A DNA stretch of 64,000 nt from an uncultured delta proteobacterium (GCA_963743305.1 CAVUPH010000028.1:1-64000); one strand, 5' to 3'. Positions 53,664-62,406 are shown, numbered from the stretch's first letter. The notes: generated from the letters alone by a model not told the origin. Program-made: numbers and translations.

Positions 53664-54618
53664 GATCTCCTTTCCCGGGCCAGGGAAACGACTGGACCTC
53701 AAAGTGAAGGTGGGCCTCCGCAACGGTCAACAAACCCCAGTTCAGCCGGCCGTCTTCATAAGCCGACCCAACGCTGATAAAATCCACTCCACCCACCTGC
53801 CAGTAACCCCATTTCTTTCGTTGGCCGAAAATCACGATCCCGCTCCTGAACTGAGGGGTCATGGCCTCCAGCGCTGGAAAGACCGATTCGTCCTCCATGA
53901 ATTGAGTCAGATTGCCCACCAGGTTTATCTCCAAGGCAAAGGGCTCGTAGTCGGAATAGCCGGGGAGGCCCTGAATGAATCCCCCGTAAAAAGCCATGCC
54001 CTTTTTCGTCCCCAGTTGAATAGAGAGGACCTGGGCCATGGATTCCAGATAGTCTCGATCTTTGGGGCTAAGCGTTCCCCCCGGGCTGGCCCCCAATTTC
54101 CGGGCGTATCGCCAATCCTCCTCTCCCTGGATGGTCATCACTTTTTTATCTTTTCGCAGGGCCTTTAACAGCGGGCCATTCTCCACCGAAGGCCCCGTTT
54201 GGTTTCCCAGGCAATAGACCGCTTCCACTTTCTTTTTTTTGAGTTCGGCCCTCAGGGTTTCCCAGATTTCGAGCCGACCGGCCAAATTTCCCACCAGGGC
54301 CACCCGTTTTCTTTCCCACAGGTCGGCCGCTAGACGAAACGATTGGGCCGGGAGCAGGGTCCCATCCAAGGCTGCCCCCAGGGCCCGATCCAATTGATCG
54401 GGGCAGGAGGTCTGGTTCTGGCAGTGAATATCCTTCAGCCAGGGTCGGATCTCCGCGACCGCTCGATCTTTGATTAATCGGCTGACCAACTGGGCATTGC
54501 CAGGACAGCCTCCGCCGCGGAAATCCACTTCGGTCAGAATCCCTTCTTTGATTTGGAAATGTATTTCCGGAGGACAAATACCCTGGGTCCGGAAAATATA
54601 CCTGCCGGCTTCAATCAT
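53641..54618 (-). CDS. TSCPD-domain (TIGR03905-like) protein fused to a degenerate metallophosphoesterase-like domain
   Basis: GICP, GGGCPGN, TSCPDQL; C-terminal VALVGNLAG / VYCLGN / IQGEED. Confidence 0.75.
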   Translation of the reverse strand: MIEAGRYIFRTQGICPPEIHFQIKEGILTEVDFRGGGCPGNAQLVSRLIKDRAVAEIRPWLKDIHCQNQTSCPDQLDRALGAALDGTLLPAQSFRLAADLWERKRVALVGNLAGRLEIWETLRAELKKKKVEAVYCLGNQTGPSVENGPLLKALRKDKKVMTIQGEEDWRYARKLGASPGGTLSPKDRDYLESMAQVLSIQLGTKKGMAFYGGFIQGLPGYSDYEPFALEINLVGNLTQFMEDESVFPALEAMTPQFRSGIVIFGQRKKWGYWQVGGVDFISVGSAYEDGRLNWGLLTVAEAHLHFEVQSFPWPGKGDHGKKSSC

Positions 54619-54619
54619 C

Positions 54620-54916
54620 TTAGCCCGCTACGATCCTTTGAATTTTTTCTCTCAATTCCGTCGGATCCAAAACCCTCCCCACCCCAACCTTTTCACCGTT
54701 GATCATTGTGGTGGGGGTCATGGTTATCCCTGATTTTCGGGCCTTTTCCGACCAGGCATCCACTTTTTCAACTGCGATCAGCCCATCGGGAAAATCGGCG
54801 GCTACTTCCCGGGCGTTCCTTTCGGCCAGGAGACAACGACTGCAGGGAGGTTGGGTGCCGAAGATCAGAATGTCGACTTTCCCCCGTTGTTTTTCTGCTT
54901 TTAGTTTAATCCCCAT
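54620..54916 (-). CDS. Small thioredoxin-fold protein (CSRC)
   Basis: GTQPPCSRC...MTPTTMINGE; start codon uncertain. Confidence 0.8.
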   Translation of the reverse strand: MGIKLKAEKQRGKVDILIFGTQPPCSRCLLAERNAREVAADFPDGLIAVEKVDAWSEKARKSGITMTPTTMINGEKVGVGRVLDPTELREKIQRIVAG

Positions 54917-55202
54917 TTTCAGCCAGAAGCCCATCTAGATAATCCTTCAACTCGGCCTGCCTGGGTGTCGTTTCAAAAACCAACTGATCATTGATATATA
55001 TGGATGGAACGGGAGCAGGCCGGCCCAGCTTTTTGCTTAACTCAATAAAACGGAGTGCCCCTTTTTTTTCTTTCGTGACCACCTTTTCCCAAATCAGGGT
55101 TTCCGGATAATCCGGCGTAATGGACTCGACCACCCGGGTCATATAGACGCAGGGGATTCAGTGCTCCCCTTCGTGCAGGACTTCCAGATGGATTTGTTTC
55201 AT
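54906..55202 (-). CDS. Thioredoxin-fold selenoprotein (U-x-x-C), Sec at TGA 55158-55160
   Basis: GGAG RBS, MKQIHLEVLHEGEH-TGA-IPCVYMTRVV...APVPSIYIND; the Cys paralogue CLPCFYM is next door; hairpin GACC-CGGGT-GGTC. Confidence 0.88.
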
Positions 55203-55262
55203 TTCATCTCCATAATTAATAATTAACAATTAATTATTAATTATTAACGATCAGTTAGGTTC

Positions 55263-55592
55263 TTACTCTCCCACCCCATCCCGCAGGGCCTTCTCAATCG
55301 CTTCCTCCAGTTCAAATCGGGGAGGAATCATATCAAAGATTAGTTCCCCGTCAATGAACAAGGATGGCACCGGCGCCACCTGCTCCAGGTTTTCCACCTT
55401 TTCCAGACCGTAAAGTTTGCAGGAAAGTTCCTTAAACCGCTCGGCATCCTCATCGCTGTCCATGAAACAGACCCGTTTATAGATGATCTGATCCGCGAAT
55501 TTAGGCAGGACTTCCTGCAGGGCCTCGTCCATGTAAAAGCAGGGAAGGCAGTAATCGGCCTTGTAGATGATTTCGATGGTGATCTTTCTCAT
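55263..55592 (-). CDS. Thioredoxin-fold protein (CLPC), Cys paralogue of the UxxC proteins
   Basis: ADYCLPCFYM...APVPSLFIDGELIFD. Confidence 0.85.
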   Translation of the reverse strand: MRKITIEIIYKADYCLPCFYMDEALQEVLPKFADQIIYKRVCFMDSDEDAERFKELSCKLYGLEKVENLEQVAPVPSLFIDGELIFDMIPPRFELEEAIEKALRDGVGE

Positions 55593-55729
55593 AATATCAG
55601 GGTGTAGGGTTGGGGGTTAGGACAAGGCAAGGGCTTCCAGATGACTTCTCTCTTCTCTCCACTGTCCTCTTTTTTTCTTCCCTCTTCCATCTTCCCTCTG
55701 CCTTCTCTCCCCTACCCCCTAAGCCCTCC

Positions 55730-56182
55730 CTATGTTCCGCAAATATTGGCCTGTCGTTCCTCCAACGCCCTCAAGTAGGTTTGGGCGTCCATGAATTTCC
55801 GCTGTGGGTCGAAACCCTCTTCCGCTTCCAGGGCAAAGAGGACGTAGTGATAAGGGTTTTCATCAATGACCTTGACCCCTTCCCCGTCCAGTTCCTGATT
55901 CAAATAAACCACCTTTCCGGATACCGGGCTGTACAACTCAAAGGACACTTTATACGTGTCCACGGCCAACAGCGGTTTCCGCTCCGGAATTAAATCACCC
56001 TCCGCCGTGATAAATTCAAGGTAGGTAAAACCGCTGATCATGGCCACCCCCGCCTCAGTAAAACCGAAGGCCCAAGTGTTGGAGCCAGACCAGATTTTGA
56101 CCCACAGTTCCTGCTCTTTATAATAAAGGAGCTCCTCCGGAAGAGAAATCGTATGACCGTAAAAACCTTCAAGTTGGAGCAT
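55730..56182 (-). CDS. Glycine cleavage H-like (lipoyl carrier) protein
   Basis: LWVK..FGFTEAG, AVDTYKVSFELYSPVSGKV..NPY; lipoyl Lys retained. Confidence 0.8.
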   Translation of the reverse strand: MLQLEGFYGHTISLPEELLYYKEQELWVKIWSGSNTWAFGFTEAGVAMISGFTYLEFITAEGDLIPERKPLLAVDTYKVSFELYSPVSGKVVYLNQELDGEGVKVIDENPYHYVLFALEAEEGFDPQRKFMDAQTYLRALEERQANICGT

Positions 56183-56222
56183 CCCGGGACCCAATCATAT
56201 GCCTTTAACTACCGATCTTGGC

Positions 56223-56798
56223 TCAATCGTTTTCGCTCAGCGCCCTACGCTCAGCGTCTTCCATCCCCGGCAACGACGGCATGGATTCCGGCCGATGAAC
56301 ACGCGGATTCACTTCATCATAAGCCAGGGCTTCCTCGATATCCAGGGAGTATTCACAGCAGTGAAGATTTTCTCTTTTCACCTTCTGGGTCTTGAAGGTG
56401 TAGGGGCCTTTCAGAATCCCACAGGCCACCTCGACGGCTTCTTCCGCCATGACTTCCGACAATCGACGGCCTTCTTTCTCCAACTGGGCCCGGCACATCC
56501 CCGGTTTCAGCTTGGTCTTGGCGATATAGGCGGGTGTATAAAGACGGGCCGCGGGTTTGATCCCCAACATATTCAGAAAATAAGAGCCACATTGCTGCTT
56601 GCAGCCATCCAGGACAATGACCGGATATTTTTCCAGCAAGGCGATTTCATCAGGAGCGCCCCGCTGGCAGCGGTGCATGTCCAGGAGTTCCAGTTGACCG
56701 GGCAGCATCTCTTCCGTCGCCTTCAAGGAGGCCTGGCGGGTCACAGTCGACACCACCAGGCCGACGCCGCCGCAGGGATAGAGCAATACCTTTTTCAT
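56223..56798 (-). CDS. DGC-domain putative zinc-binding protein
   Basis: YPCGG, VLDGCKQQCG. Confidence 0.75.
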   Translation of the reverse strand: MKKVLLYPCGGVGLVVSTVTRQASLKATEEMLPGQLELLDMHRCQRGAPDEIALLEKYPVIVLDGCKQQCGSYFLNMLGIKPAARLYTPAYIAKTKLKPGMCRAQLEKEGRRLSEVMAEEAVEVACGILKGPYTFKTQKVKRENLHCCEYSLDIEEALAYDEVNPRVHRPESMPSLPGMEDAERRALSEND

Positions 56799-56819
56799 AA
56801 TGAAAAACCGTAATTATTG

Positions 56820-56975
56820 ATGGACTCGCAAAAAGTCCATCAGCAACCCGAGCGCGATTAAGCGTCGGGTTGGGGTGAGGGTGGAACCATTTGAATTCAC
56901 TTCAAATGGCGGGGGAGGGGAAACCCTTCCCCGCCGAGCAGAAAGTCGTCTTTTGACTTTTTGCGAGGTTATCAT
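56820..56975. repeat. Inverted-repeat element CTCGCAAAAAGTC...GACTTTTTGCGAG
   Basis: 13-bp perfect inverted ends; internal ggcgggg/ccccgcc stem. Confidence 0.65.
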
Positions 56976-56997
56976 TATTGATTATTCGCTTTTATGA

Positions 56998-57570
56998 CTA
57001 TCCCCCCGACCTTGATTTCGCGGCTTCCATCGGCAGGGGTGGCATGTTTTTCGGGCGGTAAAGACCCGGTTTGATCCGAATATACCCCAGGTCCCTGGCC
57101 GGGTTCCCCTTCCAGTCCCCGATCCGGCCTTCAAAGGGAACGTTTACTTTTTGCGGAGTAAAACGATAGTCGGGGTCGCTCAGCAACCCCCCGGCCACCT
57201 CGGCCATCGTTTCGGCTACCCGTTCGACCAGGTCCAGGCCCTGGCCTTCCAGGTCCGGACGTCCCGCCTGCGGTTGCAGCCCCCAACTTTCCATCAGTTC
57301 CGGCAACAGGATACGGGCCGCCGGCCGGAGACCGATCTGTTTCATCAGAAAGGAACCACAGCTTTCCTCATGGCAGTCGATCACCAGCGTTGGATTTTTT
57401 TCCACCATAACCAGATCTTCCGGAACCCCCCGGTAATAGGCGGGTACGCAGAGGAGCAGCGTCTTTTTCGGAAGCAGTTCCTCATTAACCCGATAGGTGG
57501 CCCAGCGGACCACGGTGGCTTCAGCCTTTTTTATTCCCCCGCAGGGAAAAAGGACAACGCGACCGACCAT
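56998..57570 (-). CDS. DGC-domain-like protein, paralogue of 56223..56798
   Basis: FPCGG, VIDCHEESCG, shared PAAR and RPxxMP motifs. Confidence 0.72.
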   Translation of the reverse strand: MVGRVVLFPCGGIKKAEATVVRWATYRVNEELLPKKTLLLCVPAYYRGVPEDLVMVEKNPTLVIDCHEESCGSFLMKQIGLRPAARILLPELMESWGLQPQAGRPDLEGQGLDLVERVAETMAEVAGGLLSDPDYRFTPQKVNVPFEGRIGDWKGNPARDLGYIRIKPGLYRPKNMPPLPMEAAKSRSGG

Positions 57571-57619
57571 TAGGGTATTCCTTTAAAGGAAAATAGTCAA
57601 AAGAAGGAAATTACCGGAC

Positions 57620-58573
57620 CTAACCCCGGCAGGCCTTTAGACAGTCCAAAATCTCTTCTTCATTAATCTTCCACCCCACGAAGGCCAGCGTGGTCGGCCC
57701 CTTGGTGTCCAGGGCCAGCCATTCGGTCTTTTTACCGACATGATTGATAAAAAACCGGTGACCGTCCAGCAACACATATCCCTTGATCCGGTACAGCCCG
57801 GCCGGCACGGACTTGATGAAATCCTTGAAGCAACTTTCGCGCAAAGGTTTTTCTTCCTCGAAAGCGAAGGCCACGTACCCCAGTTCTTCCGCGTTTCCTG
57901 GTTGATCCCGCTTGAACGGGGTGGTCAGTGATATTTCCCCTTTTCTGATCATGGTGGGCAGCGGTTGCCAGAAGATCTGGGGTTCAATCATACAATGCTC
58001 AGTGGGGACAACGGTGCAATAGGGGTTGAATTCCTTGACTTCCACCAAATAGCGGGAGATGTTTTCCCGGGGCAGGAGATCAACCTTATTAAAAAGCAGC
58101 AGGTCGGCGCCTTTGATCTGGTTATAGAACAAGGGGCCGAAATATTCCCGGCCCTCCCACAGATCACCGTCCAGGACCGTCACCACCTTGGGAATTTTGA
58201 CGCGCGGCTCGATAACCGGCCCGCGCAGGAAGAGCAAGATCTCCAACGGATCAGCCACCCCGGTGGCCTCGATAAACAGGTGGAGAGGATTGAACTTCAA
58301 CAGGATCTCTTCCACCGTTTTAACCATATCGCCGGCCATGGTGCAACAGATACAGCCGTTGGTCAATTCATACACCGGGGTTTGGAAGCCTTGCAACAAC
58401 TCTCCGTCAATCCCCACCCGCCCGAACTCATTGACCAGAACGGCCGTCCGAGAAAGGTTTCCGGGCCACTGCAAAATACGACGGAGCAGGGTGGTCTTTC
58501 CGGCCCCTAAAAATCCGGCGAGGAGGATAAGGTCGCACAAGGATTCAGGAGGAGCTTCTTGGGGGGATTTCAT
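57620..58573 (-). CDS. COG0523/CobW family G3E GTPase
   Basis: GFLGAGKTT, NEFG, NGCICC, EATGVADP, NKVD, YRIKG. Confidence 0.92.
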   Translation of the reverse strand: MKSPQEAPPESLCDLILLAGFLGAGKTTLLRRILQWPGNLSRTAVLVNEFGRVGIDGELLQGFQTPVYELTNGCICCTMAGDMVKTVEEILLKFNPLHLFIEATGVADPLEILLFLRGPVIEPRVKIPKVVTVLDGDLWEGREYFGPLFYNQIKGADLLLFNKVDLLPRENISRYLVEVKEFNPYCTVVPTEHCMIEPQIFWQPLPTMIRKGEISLTTPFKRDQPGNAEELGYVAFAFEEEKPLRESCFKDFIKSVPAGLYRIKGYVLLDGHRFFINHVGKKTEWLALDTKGPTTLAFVGWKINEEEILDCLKACRG

Positions 58574-58621
58574 TGGATCTCCTTTCCAAGGGCGACAGAA
58601 AGTTTTTATCCTAATAATTTT

Positions 58622-58950
58622 TTGGTTGTTCGCCCTTTTGGGTGGGTGGCCACAATATCTGGTAGCTTAGACTAAATTCGGGCCTCCGTGGCCGCCGGGT
58701 CTCGGCGAAAGGGTTTTCCACCTTGCTTTTTAGGTTCTAACCCGGCCCCTAGGTCTTCAAATTTTCCAGGAGGCAGGGCCGGCCTGGGAGACGCCAAGAA
58801 ACACGGGGTTCGGGCCTGCTTAAAATAAAATTAAACACTTAGGCCCGGATTCAAAGTCCGGAGTACCTTGGAACCTTTGGCAAGGCCTTTCGCCGAGACC
58901 CGGCGGCCGCACCAGATCTGATGGGTACCCACCCAAAAGGGCGAAGCGTC
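58622..58950 (+). repeat. Nested palindromic element, long copy (MITE-like or structured RNA)
   Basis: Perfect 19-bp inverted repeat 58629-58647 / 58927-58945 and perfect 23-bp inverted repeat 58690-58712 / 58886-58908. Confidence 0.85.
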
Positions 58951-58976
58951 AATTTTTTCAGATCTTTTTGAAAAAA

Positions 58977-59321
58977 TTATTTTTCAAACTTTATTTCAGC
59001 GTCCTTGGGCAACGCCATACCCATGGCCACTTCGGCCGTTTTTAATAACGCTATCGGCACCGGACACATGGGATGGCAGCCGGACTGCTGCGCTGCCTGG
59101 AATACGGGGCTCCGGCTGATCGGGGCAAAGAGGTCTCTCAGACTGATTTCCCTGATCTGTTCGAAGAAACGCTGGATGTGCTTGCACTCGGAGCCCTGAC
59201 CCCGAAGTTCGACCAGGTATTTATCTTTTCTTTCCCCGACAATGACGCAGGGAAAACCGCAGATTCCCGGATTGACCTTCACCCGGGTGAGGGGTTGTTC
59301 ATCGGATTCTGTTTCTTCCAT
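58977..59321 (-). CDS. Small Cys-rich protein (DUF6951-like)
   Basis: VNPGICGF, SECKHI, CHPMCPVP. Confidence 0.7.
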   Translation of the reverse strand: MEETESDEQPLTRVKVNPGICGFPCVIVGERKDKYLVELRGQGSECKHIQRFFEQIREISLRDLFAPISRSPVFQAAQQSGCHPMCPVPIALLKTAEVAMGMALPKDAEIKFEK

Positions 59322-59442
59322 TTGTAATCAAAAATTTAAAGCGGAAAGTTTGGGGAGCGGGTGAAACCGAAAGGTTCGGCTCCGTCGGCTTCACCCCTCC
59401 TTGCTTCCCTGCAATAATTACTAATTAACCATTAATTATCAA

Positions 59443-61503
59443 TTACTTCTGGTGCAGCACTTCCGCCGGCACGATCCCTTCCAGATGCGGGAAGGCGTCC
59501 TTCATATGCGGAATTTGCATGGATTCCATGAACTGGACCTGGAAATCCTTTTCCACGGTCAGTTCGATGTATTCTACGTTGCGGGAGACCCAGTTGGCTT
59601 CCACCCGTTTCTCCCGGTTCAACAGGGCCGCCCGGGCGCCGTCACCGGCCGCGTTGCCCACCGAAAGGATCTTTTCGATAGGGCAGTCCGGGAAGAGACC
59701 CATGATCAGGGCCTTGGTCCGGTCCACGTGGGTCCCGAAGGCCCCGGCGATCTTGACCACATCCACTTTGTCGATGTTCATTTTCCGCATCATCAGCTTA
59801 CAGCCCGTGTACAGGGCCCCTTTGGCCAACTGGATCTGACGAACGTCCTTCTGGGTGACGACCACGTCCTTCTCGATGCTGGTCTCATTGGCCCAGGCGA
59901 TAACGAATTCCGGCTGTTTGGTGTCGGCGTTCAGACGGTACCGATTGGATTTCTGCGTCTTGTTGAACACCCCACTCTTCACAATGACCCCCGAGGTATA
60001 CAGTTCGGCCAGCACATCCAGAATCCCCGATCCACAGATTCCCTTGGTCTTCATCTCTTCGGGCTTGGAAAAGCTCAACCAGGCATCGCGGCCGATGACC
60101 TTGTAATCCACCGCGTGGGTCTCCGGATCGATCTTGATCCGTTCGATGGCCCCGGGGGCGGCCCGCATGCCGAAGGCCAATTGGGCACCTTCCAGGGCCG
60201 GGCCGGTGGCGCAGGAGGAGGAGATGAGTTTTTCCTTGTTCCCCAAGACCAGCTCGCCGTTGGTCCCGATGTCGATGAGCAATTGGACTTCATCGCTCTT
60301 ATAAGGCGCCTCGGCGATGAGCACGCCCACGTTGTCCGCCCCCACAAAACCGGCCTCATTGGGCAGGACATGGACATAGGCCGAATCATTGATCTTGATC
60401 TTCAGGTCCCGGGCCTTGATATCCAGGCTCCGGTGGATGACCGGAGGAAAAGGGGCCAGGCCCACAAATTCCGGGTCCAGCTTAAGTAGGATGTGATGCA
60501 TGGCCGTGTTGCAGACGATGGTCATGTCCACGATATCCTTCGGTTCCAGGCGCAGGTAGGTCTTGCCTTCCTCGGGCACCTCTTCCCAGGTCTCAACAAC
60601 CTGATCGCCTTCTTTGACCTTCTTTTTCTTTTTGGGTGGATAAGTGGACTCCACGGCCTGCTTGACCAGGGTGTTCAGGCCCTCGATCATGTCGTTGCTC
60701 ATCCGCTCCAGGCCGTCTTCGTTCATCATATGGTAGGTAATCCGGCTCATCACGTCTTCCCCGTATTTGCATTGGGGATTCATCATGGAAACCGTTTCGA
60801 TGACCTCCATGGTCTTCAGGTTACAGAAATAGGCGGCCACGGTGGTGGTGCCGATATCCACGGCCAGCCCGTAATTGGCCCCCTCTCTTTTGCCGGGCAG
60901 AACCCGGATAATTTCTTTGTCCATCCAGATCGAGACGGTCATGGCCCAACGTCGTTTATCCCGCAAACGGGCCGGCATTTTCATCAGGGCCCAGTAGTCA
61001 ATGGTCAGATCCTTGATGCCGAACTGACGGTTCAACTCATCCTGAAGCCGCTCGAAATCCCCGGTGGGGTGCTCAAAGGTGGGCTCAATGACTTCCACGT
61101 AATATTCCTTAACCGCCGGGTTCCAGTCGATGGGAATATCCCGGGCGGCCTTGCTGACGATCTGCTTTCCGGCCCGCGATTCCTCGGGTACAAAAATCAA
61201 CAGGTCCCCTTCGATCTTGGCACAACACCCCAACCGGTATCCCAGTTCGCGCTGTTCCTCGTTGACGAACTTCTCCTCTTCTTCCATCCAGGGGCTGACG
61301 TTGTTGCGGCTGGACTGGATTCCGTATTTTTCATAAAAGCCTTCCTCAATCCGCACCTTGCATTTGCCGCAAACTTTTTTCTCTCCGCAAAGGGCTTCGA
61401 TATCCACGCCTACCCGGCGGGAGGCTTCAATGATGGTCATCCCTTTGGCCACTTCGCCTCGCCGGCCGGAAGGCTGAAAAATGATCTTCGCATTTTCACT
61501 CAT
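59443..61503 (-). CDS. ASKHA-domain [2Fe-2S] reductive activator of corrinoid proteins (RACo/RamA-like)
   Basis: CGEKKVCGKC...RLGC, AVDIGTTT, NPQ..YGEDVMSRI, IDIGTNGE, CATGPALEG, GICGSG, AGAFG. Confidence 0.93.
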   Translation of the reverse strand: MSENAKIIFQPSGRRGEVAKGMTIIEASRRVGVDIEALCGEKKVCGKCKVRIEEGFYEKYGIQSSRNNVSPWMEEEEKFVNEEQRELGYRLGCCAKIEGDLLIFVPEESRAGKQIVSKAARDIPIDWNPAVKEYYVEVIEPTFEHPTGDFERLQDELNRQFGIKDLTIDYWALMKMPARLRDKRRWAMTVSIWMDKEIIRVLPGKREGANYGLAVDIGTTTVAAYFCNLKTMEVIETVSMMNPQCKYGEDVMSRITYHMMNEDGLERMSNDMIEGLNTLVKQAVESTYPPKKKKKVKEGDQVVETWEEVPEEGKTYLRLEPKDIVDMTIVCNTAMHHILLKLDPEFVGLAPFPPVIHRSLDIKARDLKIKINDSAYVHVLPNEAGFVGADNVGVLIAEAPYKSDEVQLLIDIGTNGELVLGNKEKLISSSCATGPALEGAQLAFGMRAAPGAIERIKIDPETHAVDYKVIGRDAWLSFSKPEEMKTKGICGSGILDVLAELYTSGVIVKSGVFNKTQKSNRYRLNADTKQPEFVIAWANETSIEKDVVVTQKDVRQIQLAKGALYTGCKLMMRKMNIDKVDVVKIAGAFGTHVDRTKALIMGLFPDCPIEKILSVGNAAGDGARAALLNREKRVEANWVSRNVEYIELTVEKDFQVQFMESMQIPHMKDAFPHLEGIVPAEVLHQK

Positions 61504-61675
61504 GCCGCTGACTCCTTTTTATTGACAGTATTTGCATAACGTTGTTTGGGTTCGGCCGGTTCGGGACGCACACCTGACCATCGGAATGGGGGGTGATAAA
61601 ATTGTAGCTGATTGCCGGCCAACGATCCCCCCGAGGTGCCGGGGGGATCGTTCCAGCCGCACCCAACAAACGGGG

Positions 61676-62344
61676 CTATTGTTTTTTCTGCATTTCCCGC
61701 AAACGGGCGATCATCTTGATCCCCTCGGCCACGGCATTCCCGGCTGATTCCGCGTAGCCGTCGGCGCCGAAGAGGTTGGCCACGTCTTTGGTCACCGGAG
61801 CGCCGCCGAGCATGATGGCCACATTGGGGTTTTTATCCTTGATCATCTTGATGACCTTTTTCATGCCCAACATCGTAGTGGTCATCATGGCCGACATGGC
61901 TACGACTTCCGAGTCGGTCCGCATCTGCTCTTCCACGAACTTTTCGAGCGGCACGTCGCGGCCCAGATCATGGACATCCCAACCGGCCACGTCAAACATC
62001 ATTTTGACCAGGTTTTTGCCGATGTCATGCACATCACCCTGGATGCTGCCGATGACTACCTGGGCGTTCACACCGCCTTCTTTCTTGGGCACGTGGGGGC
62101 GCAGGATAGCCAACCCGGCATACAGGGCATCGGCGCACATCAGGACCTCCGGCACGAAATACTCGTTCCGCTCGTACAACTGCCCGACGACTTCCATTCC
62201 GGCGGCCAGACCGTCCATGATCATTTCCAGTGGGGTATAACCGGCATCAAGGGACTCCTGGGCGGCTTCCTTTACCTGGTCCTCTTTATAGTTGATGACC
62301 CCGTCCTTCAAGAGTTCCAATATTTCTTCTTTCGATTTAGCCAT
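61676..62344 (-). CDS. Methyltransferase cognate corrinoid protein (MtaC/MttC-like)
   Basis: Cap domain GLAAGMEVVG..YFVPE, DVHDIGKN, SAMMTTT, GGAP. Confidence 0.93.
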   Translation of the reverse strand: MAKSKEEILELLKDGVINYKEDQVKEAAQESLDAGYTPLEMIMDGLAAGMEVVGQLYERNEYFVPEVLMCADALYAGLAILRPHVPKKEGGVNAQVVIGSIQGDVHDIGKNLVKMMFDVAGWDVHDLGRDVPLEKFVEEQMRTDSEVVAMSAMMTTTMLGMKKVIKMIKDKNPNVAIMLGGAPVTKDVANLFGADGYAESAGNAVAEGIKMIARLREMQKKQ

Positions 62345-62406
62345 AACACGTTCCTCCTAAAAAATATTTTTTGTCCTAAAGGGATAGGCTTTGATTTGTC
62401 AAATCT

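Noticed and set aside
47950-56225. TGA stops at 47950, 53373, 53641 and 56223 as further Sec codons
   Set aside because: They end complete domains, overlap the next gene or are soon followed by another stop, and do not align with a Cys motif
59452-61539. Long plus-strand ORFs (345 and 348 aa), and similar ones at 12952, 24096, 24451 and 42030
   Set aside because: Antisense shadows of well-supported minus-strand genes in GC-rich DNA; no recognisable motifs
61676-62344. hgcA-type mercury methylation gene
   Set aside because: This is a DxHxxG Rossmann-type corrinoid protein without the HgcA N(V/I)WCAAGK cap helix or TM domain, and no hgcB is adjacent
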